Assembly (NCBI RefSeq): GCF_051860745.1
Contig: NZ_JBHYDN010000003.1
Coordinates: 119,307 to 183,306 of the forward strand
DNA length: 64,000 nucleotides
Origin: Brevundimonas sp.
GTDB taxonomy: Bacteria > Pseudomonadota > Alphaproteobacteria > Caulobacterales > Caulobacteraceae
Direction: 5' to 3'
In this document: positions 1 through 8,690 of the stretch, one piece after another
How positions within the stretch are numbered: the stretch's first letter is position 1
How the letters are laid out: the number at the start of each line of letters is the position of its first letter
The notes under the pieces: model-generated
Told to the model about the DNA's origin: nothing
The model's database searches: none
What the model saw: only the letters and a program-made list of their open reading frames with translations
Translations under genes and position numbers: made by a program

Positions 1-297
1 CACCTCGACCTCGCGATCGAGCGCATCCAGCTCGGCGACGTCGCGGCAGATATCGCCCAGCAGGCCATCGAGCCTGACACTGCCGCCGTCGCCCTCCTGT
101 AGTCGCTAATGAAGGTGCATGATCGCCCGGACCCGCCGGCCAGCCTCGCTGAGGACGGTCGCCGCTTCGGGCGTAGCGCTTCGGCTCTCCAGCCTCAGCA
201 GGCTCGCCACCTGTTGCAGGCTGTTGCCGATCTGGTGGTGGGCCGCTTGTATGGCGTCGGCGGGGCCGTGTGATGGTTGAACCGGCCTGTTCAGCAT
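1..297 (-). pseudogene. HisKA_2/HWE-type sensor histidine kinase interrupted by an in-frame TAG; runs off the window edge
   Basis: H-box-like HQIGNSLQQVASLLRLE. TAG at 106-108, then the same frame continues RLQEGDGGSVRLDGLLGDICRD. ATG at 297 with GGGAG upstream. Confidence 0.7.
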
Positions 298-349
298 TTC
301 CGTGATCTCCCTCGATCCGATGATTCTAGGTCGGACGGAGTCGCGAGCC

Positions 350-363
350 TTGAGCCAGATCAA
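350..363. promoter_or_regulatory. FixK/FNR box TTGAG-CCAG-ATCAA
   Basis: One mismatch to TTGAT-N4-ATCAA, flanked by CC/GG, between divergent genes. Confidence 0.7.
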
Positions 364-397
364 GGCGGGCGAACAAAGGATTCCGGAGACTCGCCAT

Positions 398-1018
398 ATG
401 CGAACCGCTCCTCCCCGCATCGCCGTCCTCGTCGCCCATCCACGGCGAAGGAGTTTCACGGTCGCCATGGCCCGGGCCTTCGCCGCAGCGGCTCGAGCCG
501 CGGGCGCAGACGTCGTCGAGCGCGACCTCTACCGACTTCACTTCGATCCTCGCCTCCGGGCAAGTGAGATGCCGGATCATCCGGGCGCCACAGTCAGAGC
601 CGACGTGGCCCGGGAACGCGAGGCTATCGCTGAAGCGGATCTCTTTGCGTTCTTCTATCCGCTCTGGTTCAACGCGACGCCGGCGATGATGAAGGGCTAT
701 ATCGACCGGGTCTTCGGCATGGGCTTCGGCTATACCGCGCTCCAGCACGGCGGCAACCAGCCGGGGCTTCGGGGCCGCAGGATGATCACCTTCACCTCAT
801 CGGGCGCCCCCCAGGCCTGGGTCGAGCGCAGTGGGGCGTGGGCGGCGATGCAGACGCATTTCGACGAGCATTTCGCCGCGGTGACCGGCCTGGAAATCAT
901 CGGGCACCACAACGTCGGCGGTGTCGGCGGCGGCATGCGCAAGGACGTGGTCGACCGCCACCGTCAGGCGGTCGCGGACCGGGCGCGCCAGATCATTGCC
1001 GCCTACCGCCGCGAATAG
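398..1018 (+). CDS. Flavodoxin-like fold NAD(P)H:quinone oxidoreductase
   Basis: AHPRRRSF, FFYPLWFNATPAMMKGYIDRVF and TSSGAP motifs. ATG 398 follows GGAGA. Confidence 0.85.
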   Translation: MRTAPPRIAVLVAHPRRRSFTVAMARAFAAAARAAGADVVERDLYRLHFDPRLRASEMPDHPGATVRADVAREREAIAEADLFAFFYPLWFNATPAMMKGYIDRVFGMGFGYTALQHGGNQPGLRGRRMITFTSSGAPQAWVERSGAWAAMQTHFDEHFAAVTGLEIIGHHNVGGVGGGMRKDVVDRHRQAVADRARQIIAAYRRE

Positions 1019-1021
1019 GGA

Positions 1022-1789
1022 TCAGCGGGCGGTGTAGCCGCCGTCGATGACGAGTTCGGCTCCCGTGACGAATTTCGCTTCGTCAGAGGCGAGGTAGACG
1101 GCGCCCCAGGCGATGTCATCCGGCTCTCCGATATGGCCGAGCGGATGCAGGGCGGCCGTCGCCTTTCGGCCCTCTTCCAGATCGCCTTGGCTCGCCAGAT
1201 GGTTTTCGACCATCGGCGTCCAGATGAAGCCCGGGTGGATCGAGTTCACCCGAATCCTGTCAGCGGCATAGATCAGGGCGTCGGTCTTGGTCATCAGCCG
1301 CACCGCCCCCTTCGAGGCGTGATACGGCGGCACGTCCGGCCCGCCGACCAGCCCGTAGATCGACGACAGGTTGATGATCGATCCCCCGCCCGATTGTTTC
1401 AGGTGGGGGATGGCGTGCTTGGTGCAAAAGAACACGCCTTTGACGTTGATCGCCTGGACCCAGTCCCATTCTGCCTCGGTGATCTCGTGCGTCGGCTTGT
1501 TGGCCCCGGCCACGCCGGCGTTGTTGACCAGGATATCGAGGCGGCCGAACTGCTCGATAATCTCGAGCATCACGGATTTCACCTCGCGCTCGCTCGACAC
1601 GTCGCAATGCCAATAGGCGATGGCCAGGCCCCGCTCCCTGAGCATCCGGACCAGCTCCAGCCCCTCGGCGTCGAGAACGTCAAGAAGCGCGACGGAGGCG
1701 CCTTCTTCCGCCATGCGGATCGCGGTTGCACGGCCAAGGCCCACGGCGCCGCCGGTAATTATGGCGACCTTGTCGATCAGACGGTTCAT
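1022..1789 (-). CDS. Short-chain dehydrogenase/reductase (SDR)
   Basis: TGGAVGLG, NNAG, YHASK catalytic motif, VIDGGY end. Start trimmed to MNRLIDK. Confidence 0.92.
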   Translation of the reverse strand: MNRLIDKVAIITGGAVGLGRATAIRMAEEGASVALLDVLDAEGLELVRMLRERGLAIAYWHCDVSSEREVKSVMLEIIEQFGRLDILVNNAGVAGANKPTHEITEAEWDWVQAINVKGVFFCTKHAIPHLKQSGGGSIINLSSIYGLVGGPDVPPYHASKGAVRLMTKTDALIYAADRIRVNSIHPGFIWTPMVENHLASQGDLEEGRKATAALHPLGHIGEPDDIAWGAVYLASDEAKFVTGAELVIDGGYTAR

Positions 1790-1793
1790 GGCC

Positions 1794-2360
1794 TCAGGGC
1801 TCCGGGCGGACAATGCGATCTTCGAGCGAGGCCTTGACCGCTCGTGCATCGAAGGCTCGCGCATCGCCTGCGGGCTTTGTCCCGCGGCGCATCACCACCT
1901 CGGCGACGGCTTCGTAGGTGGTGATCCGACGGACATCGAATTCAGTGTCCCCACTGTGGCGATCCCATGATCGCCAGCCGGCGCGGGTCCCGTAAGCGTA
2001 GCGCCAATGCGGCTCCCAGCCCGGTCCCCACGCCCCGATCGGTTCGCGTACGATCAGGGTGACGTGCTCCTCCGTGTCACGCTCGACCGCATGGAACCAG
2101 TCATGGCCGTTCTCCAGAGTGAGCTCGGCCGCCCGGTACAGCAGATAGGTCTCTACCGTCTCGCGGGACGTGAGGCTGTTGCCGGCGAAGACGACCCGCC
2201 AGCGTTCCCGCTCGACCTGCAGCTCATGGTAGCCGTCTGTGTGGGCGGGATCGGTCGGTGACGCCGGGTGGTAAGGCGTCGGGGTGGCGCAGCTGCTGAG
2301 AAGGGCGGCTCCCCACACCAGGGTTGCGACGACGGACGCGGCTCGGGTAGCTCGGGTCAT
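1794..2360 (-). CDS. Lipoprotein, CC0125/CC1285-like family
   Basis: Lipobox LLSSC; GYHELQV...F-GNSLTSRETVETYLLYRAAELT. Confidence 0.7.
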   Translation of the reverse strand: MTRATRAASVVATLVWGAALLSSCATPTPYHPASPTDPAHTDGYHELQVERERWRVVFAGNSLTSRETVETYLLYRAAELTLENGHDWFHAVERDTEEHVTLIVREPIGAWGPGWEPHWRYAYGTRAGWRSWDRHSGDTEFDVRRITTYEAVAEVVMRRGTKPAGDARAFDARAVKASLEDRIVRPEP

Positions 2361-2411
2361 TCAGACTCTCCTTCGGCTTCCCCCATCTCGGCGGATCTGA
2401 CGCGGGCCGCC

Positions 2412-2425
2412 TTGACCGATGTCAA
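2412..2425. promoter_or_regulatory. FixK box TTGAC-CGAT-GTCAA
   Basis: Palindrome centred about 58 bp upstream of the lipoprotein ATG; overlaps the stop codon of the upstream response regulator. Confidence 0.75.
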
Positions 2426-2808
2426 TCAGCCCGCATCAGGCGGTCGATCTGCGTGAACAGCATCTCGTCGAGCAGCGGCTTCTCGACGATCGGCGCGCCC
2501 GCCGCGGCGGCCCGGCGTCGCAGCGTGTCGGAGGGGGAGGTCGTGATCAGAATCGCGGGTCCTTCGATCCCGCGGTTCCGCAGGGTCGCAAGGAGATCGA
2601 TCCCGCGATCACCGCTCAGCATCTGGTCGATGATCAGGCAAGCGAAGCGCCGTCCCGGACCCGCGAGCGCCACGGCTTCCCCGGCGGTCCTGCAACAGGC
2701 CACCTCAAAGCCGCGTGTGTCGGCCACAAAGGCGAGGGCTCTCAAGACTTCTTGATCGTCATCGACGATCAGGAGAGTCCGTCCTGACTTGTCTTTGGTG
2801 GAGGACAC
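2422..2808 (-). CDS. Single-domain response regulator (FixT/ORF138-like position)
   Basis: IVDDD, IIDQ, ITT and EKP receiver motifs; directly downstream of fixJ. Confidence 0.85.
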   Translation of the reverse strand: MSSTKDKSGRTLLIVDDDQEVLRALAFVADTRGFEVACCRTAGEAVALAGPGRRFACLIIDQMLSGDRGIDLLATLRNRGIEGPAILITTSPSDTLRRRAAAAGAPIVEKPLLDEMLFTQIDRLMRAD

Positions 2809-2882
2809 TGGAACTCACTCGGAGGACGGGGACCGCCGACCCTTGGCGCCGCCGTGCGGCGCGCGCCTTGACATGGAACAAA

Positions 2883-3482
2883 TCAGAGGCCGGCAGCCAG
2901 CGCGATCCGCATCAGTTCCGCGACATTGCGAGCCCCGGACTTGGTCATCAGGTTGGCCCGGTAGATCTCCACAGTTCTGGGGCTGATCTCCAGCTCGAAC
3001 GCGATCTGCTTGTTGAGCTTCCCCCCCACCACGCCCGCCAAGACGTCCCTTTCGCGGGGCGACAGCTGCGCGAGACGCCCTTCAGCGCTCTTGCGCAGGG
3101 CATCCGATCCCTCGGCCGCCCGGGGCGCCGAAAGGGCGTCGCGGATCGAGCCGATCAGACGTTCGTCATCGAATGGCTTTTCGATGAAATCGACAACCCC
3201 CGCCTTCATGGCCTCCACCGCCAGCGGGACGTCGCCATGCCCTGTCATCACGATCACCGGCGTGACAGAGCCGCGGCGCCCGAGCTCGCTCACCAACTCC
3301 AGACCTGTCAGGCCAGGCATTCGAATGTCAGTGAGGATGCAACCTTCCCCGACCGGGAGGGCCTCAAGGAAGTCACCCGCCGAGGCATAGAAACAGGCTT
3401 TGAGGCCGTTCACGTCGAGCAGGAAGGCAAGCGCATCGCGCAGGCCGTCGTCGTCATCGATGACATGCACCAGATCAGACAA
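2883..3482 (-). CDS. fixJ: Response regulator FixJ (REC + LuxR HTH)
   Basis: VHVIDDD...TDIRMPG...EKPF...LSPRERDVL...[19 protein letters not shown] start overlaps the fixL stop and follows GAGGAG. Confidence 0.9.
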   Translation of the reverse strand: MSDLVHVIDDDDGLRDALAFLLDVNGLKACFYASAGDFLEALPVGEGCILTDIRMPGLTGLELVSELGRRGSVTPVIVMTGHGDVPLAVEAMKAGVVDFIEKPFDDERLIGSIRDALSAPRAAEGSDALRKSAEGRLAQLSPRERDVLAGVVGGKLNKQIAFELEISPRTVEIYRANLMTKSGARNVAELMRIALAAGL

Positions 3483-4932
3483 GGGCGTTCTCCTCAGCGC
3501 GGGGCAGGGTGAATGCGAAGACTGCGCCACCACCGCTATTATCTTCCGCCCAGATTCGCCCGCCATGGGCTTCGATGATGGTGCGACAGATTGACAGCCC
3601 TACGCCCATGCCGGTCGCCTTGGTCGTGACGAAGGGCTGAAAGAGGCGTTCGCGCACCTCCGGGTTCAGGCCCGGCCCGGTGTCGGCGACGCTGATCCGG
3701 ATAGTCCAGGCGTCGTCGGCGCACACCCGGATTTCCAGCTGCCGCCGCGGCGCATCGACCATGGCGTCGATGGCGTTGCGTATCAGGTTTAGCGCCACCT
3801 GCTGAATCTGGATCTTGTCGACCATCACCGAACCGACATTTCGGGCCAGCCGCAGGTCCACCCGCACGTCCTGATCCTTGACGCCGACCAGCGCAAGCGC
3901 GCTTGCCTCTTCCATCACCTTGGCCGGATCCTCGAGCGTGTGTTCCGTTTCGCCCTTGGCCACGAACTCTCTGAGACGCTTGATGATGTCGCCCGCCCTC
4001 AGCGCCTGGTCGCCCGCGCGGTCGAGCGCGCTACGCAGCTTGACCAGATCAGGCTCGGGACCCTCAAGCAGGGTCACCGACCCCTTCATATAGCTGGCGA
4101 CGGCCGAAAGCGGCTGGTTCAACTCATGAGCCAGAGATGACGCCATTTCACCCATCGCGGTGAGGCGTGAGACATGCATCAACTCCGACTGCAACTGCTG
4201 CAGCCGCCGCTCCTGATCACGCCGCTCGGTCAGATCCCGGACAAAGCCTGTGAAGAACCGGCTCTCTCCAACGGCGGCCTCTCCCACGGCCAGTTCCATT
4301 GGAAAAGTGGAGCCGTCCTTGCGCTCGCCGACGACGATCCGACCGACGCCGATGATCCTCCGTTCCCCGGTACGGAGATATCGTTCCAGGTAGCTGTCGT
4401 GCTCGGATCGATAGGGGGTGGGCATGAGACAGCTGACGTTGCGCCCGATCGCCTCTTCGGATGTCCAGCCGAACAGTCTGACGGCGGCGGCGCTGAACGA
4501 CTGGATGATGCCGCTCGCATCGATGACGATCATCGCCTCCGGGACCGTTTCGAGGATCGATTGCAGGTGAGCCTGACGGCTGGTCGCCTCGCGGCTTCGG
4601 CGCCACAAGCGCTCTCCCCCCTCCGCCACGAAGGGGCCCAACAGGGCGAAACCCAACGCGTTGTAGAGGTTGGCCGTGTCGTTCCAGAGGGCGCTCTGCA
4701 GATGGATCGCGCCGGAGGCCAGGCAGAACGCTGTCGCCGCTAGGCCCGGGCCGCGGCCACCGAGCGCCGCAGCCACGAGAACGACCGGTACATAAAGCAC
4801 GAAGAACGAGCGATCGCCGAAGGCAGGCTCCAACGCCAATCGAATGCCGAACGCGAGGATCGCGCCGATGATCGCGGCCATATAGCCGTATCGGCGGGTC
4901 ATCGTCTCGGAGATGGTGAATCGAATTTGCAC
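3475..4932 (-). CDS. fixL: Heme-PAS oxygen sensor histidine kinase FixL with N-terminal membrane domain
   Basis: [15 protein letters not shown]...IIG...[13 protein letters not shown] heme-PAS signature; AHELNQP H-box; GMGVGL G-box. Start may be 4902. Confidence 0.92.
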   Translation of the reverse strand: MQIRFTISETMTRRYGYMAAIIGAILAFGIRLALEPAFGDRSFFVLYVPVVLVAAALGGRGPGLAATAFCLASGAIHLQSALWNDTANLYNALGFALLGPFVAEGGERLWRRSREATSRQAHLQSILETVPEAMIVIDASGIIQSFSAAAVRLFGWTSEEAIGRNVSCLMPTPYRSEHDSYLERYLRTGERRIIGVGRIVVGERKDGSTFPMELAVGEAAVGESRFFTGFVRDLTERRDQERRLQQLQSELMHVSRLTAMGEMASSLAHELNQPLSAVASYMKGSVTLLEGPEPDLVKLRSALDRAGDQALRAGDIIKRLREFVAKGETEHTLEDPAKVMEEASALALVGVKDQDVRVDLRLARNVGSVMVDKIQIQQVALNLIRNAIDAMVDAPRRQLEIRVCADDAWTIRISVADTGPGLNPEVRERLFQPFVTTKATGMGVGLSICRTIIEAHGGRIWAEDNSGGGAVFAFTLPRAEENALV

Positions 4933-5011
4933 CGGCCCCCTCGGAACGAGACCACATCCTGTGGCTGTCCATCGACCAGTCTAACATACTGACGCGAATT
5001 GCGCGCGAGGG

Positions 5012-5653
5012 TCAGGCGGCGGCCATGTCCGACAAGGCGCCGAGCCGCCGGATGCGGTATCTGCGGGCTCCAATGAACTCGACGAGACCCTCCGCCTGCA
5101 GCCTCCCCAGCATGCGGGAGATCGTCTCGATGGTGAGCCCCAGATAATCCGCCATGTCCTGGCGGCTCATCGGCAGCGCGACAATCTCGCCGCGGAAACG
5201 GTCGGCGATGTCGAGCAGGAAGCGGGCGACCCTTTCGCAGGCTGTCGCCCTTCCGAGCAACAGCATGTGGGATTGCGTGCGGCCCAGTTCGGTGGCGGTC
5301 GCTTGCCAGATCATGCGCTCGAGGCGGCCGGCGTCGTAGGCTGCGGAGCCGGAGCGGCGGATAGCGAGGACTTCGCAATCGCCCAAGGCTTCGGCCGAGA
5401 ACCGGTGGGTTGAGGTCATCGCGACCCCGAGCACATCTCCCTCGTAGTAGAAGTCGCCGATCTGACGACGGCCGTCGGCCAGCAGATGGCTGGTCCGGAC
5501 CGCGCCGCGGACGAGACGATAAATCAGGTCAGCGTCCTCGTCCTGGGCGTAAATCTCTTCGCCCTGTCGGAAGGTCAGGCGCGCGGCGCCGGTCCATTCC
5601 TCGGCGCCGCTCGGTGCGTTGTCGAAAGTCTGCTGAAGCAGGGTCGGCGTCAT
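5012..5653 (-). CDS. fixK: Crp/Fnr family regulator, FixK type
   Basis: GRRQIGDF, MSRQDMADYLGLTIETISR recognition helix; no N-terminal Cys cluster. Confidence 0.88.
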   Translation of the reverse strand: MTPTLLQQTFDNAPSGAEEWTGAARLTFRQGEEIYAQDEDADLIYRLVRGAVRTSHLLADGRRQIGDFYYEGDVLGVAMTSTHRFSAEALGDCEVLAIRRSGSAAYDAGRLERMIWQATATELGRTQSHMLLLGRATACERVARFLLDIADRFRGEIVALPMSRQDMADYLGLTIETISRMLGRLQAEGLVEFIGARRYRIRRLGALSDMAAA

Positions 5654-5725
5654 GGCGGGCCTCCTCGTCTTGATGAAGACAGGGATAGGCGACCACGACG
5701 GTTCTGGTTATTCGGGAGCGACCCC

Positions 5726-5741
5726 TAGGCGACCTTCCCTA
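5726..5741. promoter_or_regulatory. Candidate FixJ site TAGGCGACCTTCCCTA upstream of fixK
   Basis: Imperfect palindrome TAGG-N8-CCTA. TAGGCGAC occurs three times (5686, 5726, 5754). Confidence 0.45.
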
Positions 5742-5830
5742 CGGGCTGATACGTAGGCGACTCTGATCGGTCGGGACCTCGGACGCCAGGACGACGCCGA
5801 CCTGTCGAGGTCGTCTGAGCGCCCATGAGG

Positions 5831-6415
5831 TCAATCAGAAGCCTGTGAGGCCGGACGGGAAGCTGTCCGGGTCAGGAGCACCAGCACCAGGCCGCTGCTG
5901 ATCAAGGCCATTCCAACGACTGGTCCCCAGCCCGACGCTGCACCCGTGAAGGTTCCGCCTGTGACGGCGATCGCGGCGACGGCGGAGGCAAGGGCGGAGG
6001 CGAAGAGCCATCTCCAGGCGCCCGCGGGATGAAGCTTCAGGGCCAACGCCAGCTGGATGCCGCCGTCCACGACCAGAGTCGAGATCGCCAGAATTACCAC
6101 TGCGAACGCTCCGGTGCGTGGACTGTAGAAGAGAAGGGTCCCGAAGCCCGCCGCCGCGGCGCCGGCGATCAAGAGGGCCCCAAGCGGTCGCCCACCGAGC
6201 AGCAAGAGCAGCCAGATAGCGAGTATGGTGATGCCCGCTATCCAAAGCGCCCAGCCCGATGTTCCGCCAAGTACAACGCCTGCCGGCTCAGGCGCCAAGG
6301 CAACAACCGCGCCGACCAGGATGAACGCCAGTGCTGCGAGGAAGACCGGTTGGGGCCGGGCGCTGATATCGCTGAGCAGTCCATCCGACCAGTGAGGCAG
6401 CGCGCGAGTCGTCAT
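5831..6415 (-). CDS. HdeD/DUF308-like membrane protein
   Basis: Several hydrophobic helices; DGGIQLALALK...GAWRWL pattern. Confidence 0.65.
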   Translation of the reverse strand: MTTRALPHWSDGLLSDISARPQPVFLAALAFILVGAVVALAPEPAGVVLGGTSGWALWIAGITILAIWLLLLLGGRPLGALLIAGAAAAGFGTLLFYSPRTGAFAVVILAISTLVVDGGIQLALALKLHPAGAWRWLFASALASAVAAIAVTGGTFTGAASGWGPVVGMALISSGLVLVLLTRTASRPASQASD

Positions 6416-6465
6416 GGGTGTCTCCTGCAGTCGGCTCTCTGTCGTTCACCAAGGCGATCCCTGCC

Positions 6466-6479
6466 TTGATGTCGATCAA
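6466..6479. promoter_or_regulatory. FixK box TTGAT-GTCG-ATCAA (divergent promoter)
   Basis: Perfect consensus with CC/GG flanks, centred about 57-62 bp from both start codons. Confidence 0.9.
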
Positions 6480-6533
6480 GGCAGGGATCGCCGCTGGCTA
6501 CATTGTCCGCAACAGGCTCCGAAGGAGGACTGC

Positions 6534-6977
6534 ATGGATATCATGGGATCAAGCCTGATCGTGGTCGCCGACGGACGGCAGGCCCGGCTGTTTGAGGAAC
6601 GGCGCCGTGGAGGACCGTTGACGGACGTCACCGCCCAACTTGGCGATCTGGCGTCCCATCGGCCTGAGGCCTCCAGCTCACGGACCCGCACCCATGACCG
6701 TTTCGGCCCGGCTTCCCACACAGGCGACGGGCCGACGCCACAGGACCGGCGCGAGGCGGATTTCGTTGGCCGTGTAGGCGTTAAGGCTGCCGAGATCATG
6801 CGCCGGGGGAGCTATCAGGACCTGGTCCTGATCGCCGCGCCGCGCGCGCTCGGCCAGCTGAGGCGAGCGATGGCGCACGCCGGCCTCGAGGTGGCGCACA
6901 CCGAGTCCCATGACCGTGTGTCCGAGAGCCCGGCGTCGCTTCGGACCCGCCTGCGTGACCTCCGCCTCGGGGCCTGA
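6534..6977 (+). CDS. Host-attachment (AtsE/baeRF12-like) protein
   Basis: IVVADGRQARLF...LVLIAAPRALGQLR pattern; AAGGAGG RBS. Confidence 0.8.
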   Translation: MDIMGSSLIVVADGRQARLFEERRRGGPLTDVTAQLGDLASHRPEASSSRTRTHDRFGPASHTGDGPTPQDRREADFVGRVGVKAAEIMRRGSYQDLVLIAAPRALGQLRRAMAHAGLEVAHTESHDRVSESPASLRTRLRDLRLGA

Positions 6978-7004
6978 AGGCCCTGGCGGCTTCCGATGGT
7001 CGGC

Positions 7005-7208
7005 CTAGCGGAACGCCGTGCCGGGCCGCACGCCGAGCCGTCGGAACAGCATGGCGGCCGGGCAGAATCCGGTGATCGAGGCCTGCAGCAGGTTGAGGCC
7101 CACGAACATCGTCAGCCACATCCAGGCCGGATGAATCCAATGGGTCAGCGCCACGCTGACCAGCACCATGAACCCGGCAAACATCATGACGGCGCGGTCG
7201 AGGCTCAT
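7005..7208 (-). CDS. DUF2892 (YgaP-like) small membrane protein
   Basis: MSLDRAV..FAG...FVGLNLLQASITGFCP; ATGA overlap with sqr. Confidence 0.85.
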   Translation of the reverse strand: MSLDRAVMMFAGFMVLVSVALTHWIHPAWMWLTMFVGLNLLQASITGFCPAAMLFRRLGVRPGTAFR

Positions 7209-8518
7209 GCCTTGGACTCCTGTACGGGGGTGGACTGGGTGGTGCGGCGCAGCTTGTGGGCGCCGATCAGATCGAGGGCCAGCTTCTCGTAGAGCGGCTC
7301 GGCCTGACCCTTGCGGACCTTGTGCAGAAAGTAGCTCTCGAAGGCGACCTTGGCCGTGTGCACCCAGCCACCGCTGGCGGACCAGTTGATATTGCGCGGC
7401 GGGATCTGCGGTTGGGCCATGAACGCCACGCCGCCGTCGCCGAAATCAGCCAGGCAGATAGCGTTCCAGCTGGCCTCGAAGCTCGGCGCCTCGCCGTCGA
7501 GGATCTGCTTCAGATTGGCCGAAATGGCCGAGACCATGCTCTCGATCATGAAGCCGGTCTTGGGCACGCCGACAGGCACCGGGGTCGGCCCGGTCGGCGG
7601 AATGGCGATGCAGACGCCGAGGGCGAAGATGTCGGGCCAAGTCGGATTGCGCTGGTGCTTGTCGACGAGGATGAAGCCGCGCGGATTGGTCAGTCCCTCG
7701 ATCCCGCGCACGGCCTCGACCCCGCGGAAGGCCGGCAGCATCATGGAGTAGGCGAAGGGCAGGTCGTGATTCGCCTTGACGGTGCCGTCCTCGCCGACCT
7801 CCTCGATATGCATCATGCCGGCGTCGACGCTCTTCACCTTGGCGTTGGTGATCCATTTGATGTGCCGCTGACGCATCTCGCTTTCCAGCAGGCCCTTGGT
7901 GTCGCCGACCCCGTCGAGGCCGAGGTGGCCGATGTAGGGTTCCGAGGTGACGAAGGTCATCGGCACCTTGTCGCGCAGCTTGCGACGGCGCAGTTCGGTA
8001 TCGAGGATCATGGCGAATTCATAGGCCGGGCCGAAGCATGACGCGCCCTGGACCGCTCCGACCACGATCGGGCCGGGGTTCTTCACGAACTCGTCGAAGG
8101 CAGTGGCGGCCTCGACCGCATGATCGACATGGCAGATCGACACCGTATGCCCGTTCGGGCCGAGGCCCGGAATCTCGTCGAAGGCCAACTCGGGCCCGGT
8201 AGCGATGACCAGATAGTCGTAGTGAAGCGCCCGACCGTCGGCCAGGTCGATGCCTTTTTCAGCGGGCCGGATGCGGCTCACGCCGACGTTGATGAACTCT
8301 ACGCCTTTGCGCTTCATCACCTCCGGCAGGCTGACTTCGATGGCTTCGCGCTTGCGCCAGTTCACCGCCACCCAGGGATTGGACGGGGTGAAATGGAAAG
8401 TGTCTCCCTTCGAAACCATGACGATCCGCGCGCGTTCGCCAAGAACGTGGCGCAGATCATAGGCGGCGATAGCGCCGCCCAGGCCTGCGCCGATGATGAC
8501 GATGGTGGGCCGGTTCAT
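7205..8518 (-). CDS. sqr: Sulfide:quinone oxidoreductase, type I-like
   Basis: GAGLGG, GASCFGPAYEF, VPKTGFMIE and CLADFGDGG motifs with both catalytic Cys. ATG 8518 follows GGAGA. Confidence 0.88.
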   Translation of the reverse strand: MNRPTIVIIGAGLGGAIAAYDLRHVLGERARIVMVSKGDTFHFTPSNPWVAVNWRKREAIEVSLPEVMKRKGVEFINVGVSRIRPAEKGIDLADGRALHYDYLVIATGPELAFDEIPGLGPNGHTVSICHVDHAVEAATAFDEFVKNPGPIVVGAVQGASCFGPAYEFAMILDTELRRRKLRDKVPMTFVTSEPYIGHLGLDGVGDTKGLLESEMRQRHIKWITNAKVKSVDAGMMHIEEVGEDGTVKANHDLPFAYSMMLPAFRGVEAVRGIEGLTNPRGFILVDKHQRNPTWPDIFALGVCIAIPPTGPTPVPVGVPKTGFMIESMVSAISANLKQILDGEAPSFEASWNAICLADFGDGGVAFMAQPQIPPRNINWSASGGWVHTAKVAFESYFLHKVRKGQAEPLYEKLALDLIGAHKLRRTTQSTPVQESKA

Positions 8519-8581
8519 AGGCGCTCTCCTTCGCGGGACGTTCTGAGATGCCCGATCCTGCGCCGCCCGGTCCGCCGCGCC

Positions 8582-8595
8582 TTGATCCGTATCAA
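8582..8595. promoter_or_regulatory. FixK box TTGAT-CCGT-ATCAA between sqr and the RND operon
   Basis: Perfect consensus with CC/GG flanks. Confidence 0.9.
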
Positions 8596-8639
8596 GGCTC
8601 ACGATCGGCGCCGGGAGGACAGTTCTCAGGCTTGCATTC

Positions 8640-8659
8640 ATATTAGTACCACCTAATAT
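8640..8659. promoter_or_regulatory. Candidate ArsR (SqrR/BigR) operator ATATTAG-N6-CTAATAT
   Basis: Perfect AT-rich 7-bp inverted repeat in GC-rich DNA, 31 bp before the RND adaptor ATG. Confidence 0.6.
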
Positions 8660-8690
8660 TAGCGCAAGCTTACATAAGGATAATCCTCTG

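Noticed and set aside
2868-2881. TTGAC-ATGG-AACAA upstream of the single-domain receiver
   Set aside because: The right half-site is degenerate. It could be a weak FixK site but is not supportable without data.
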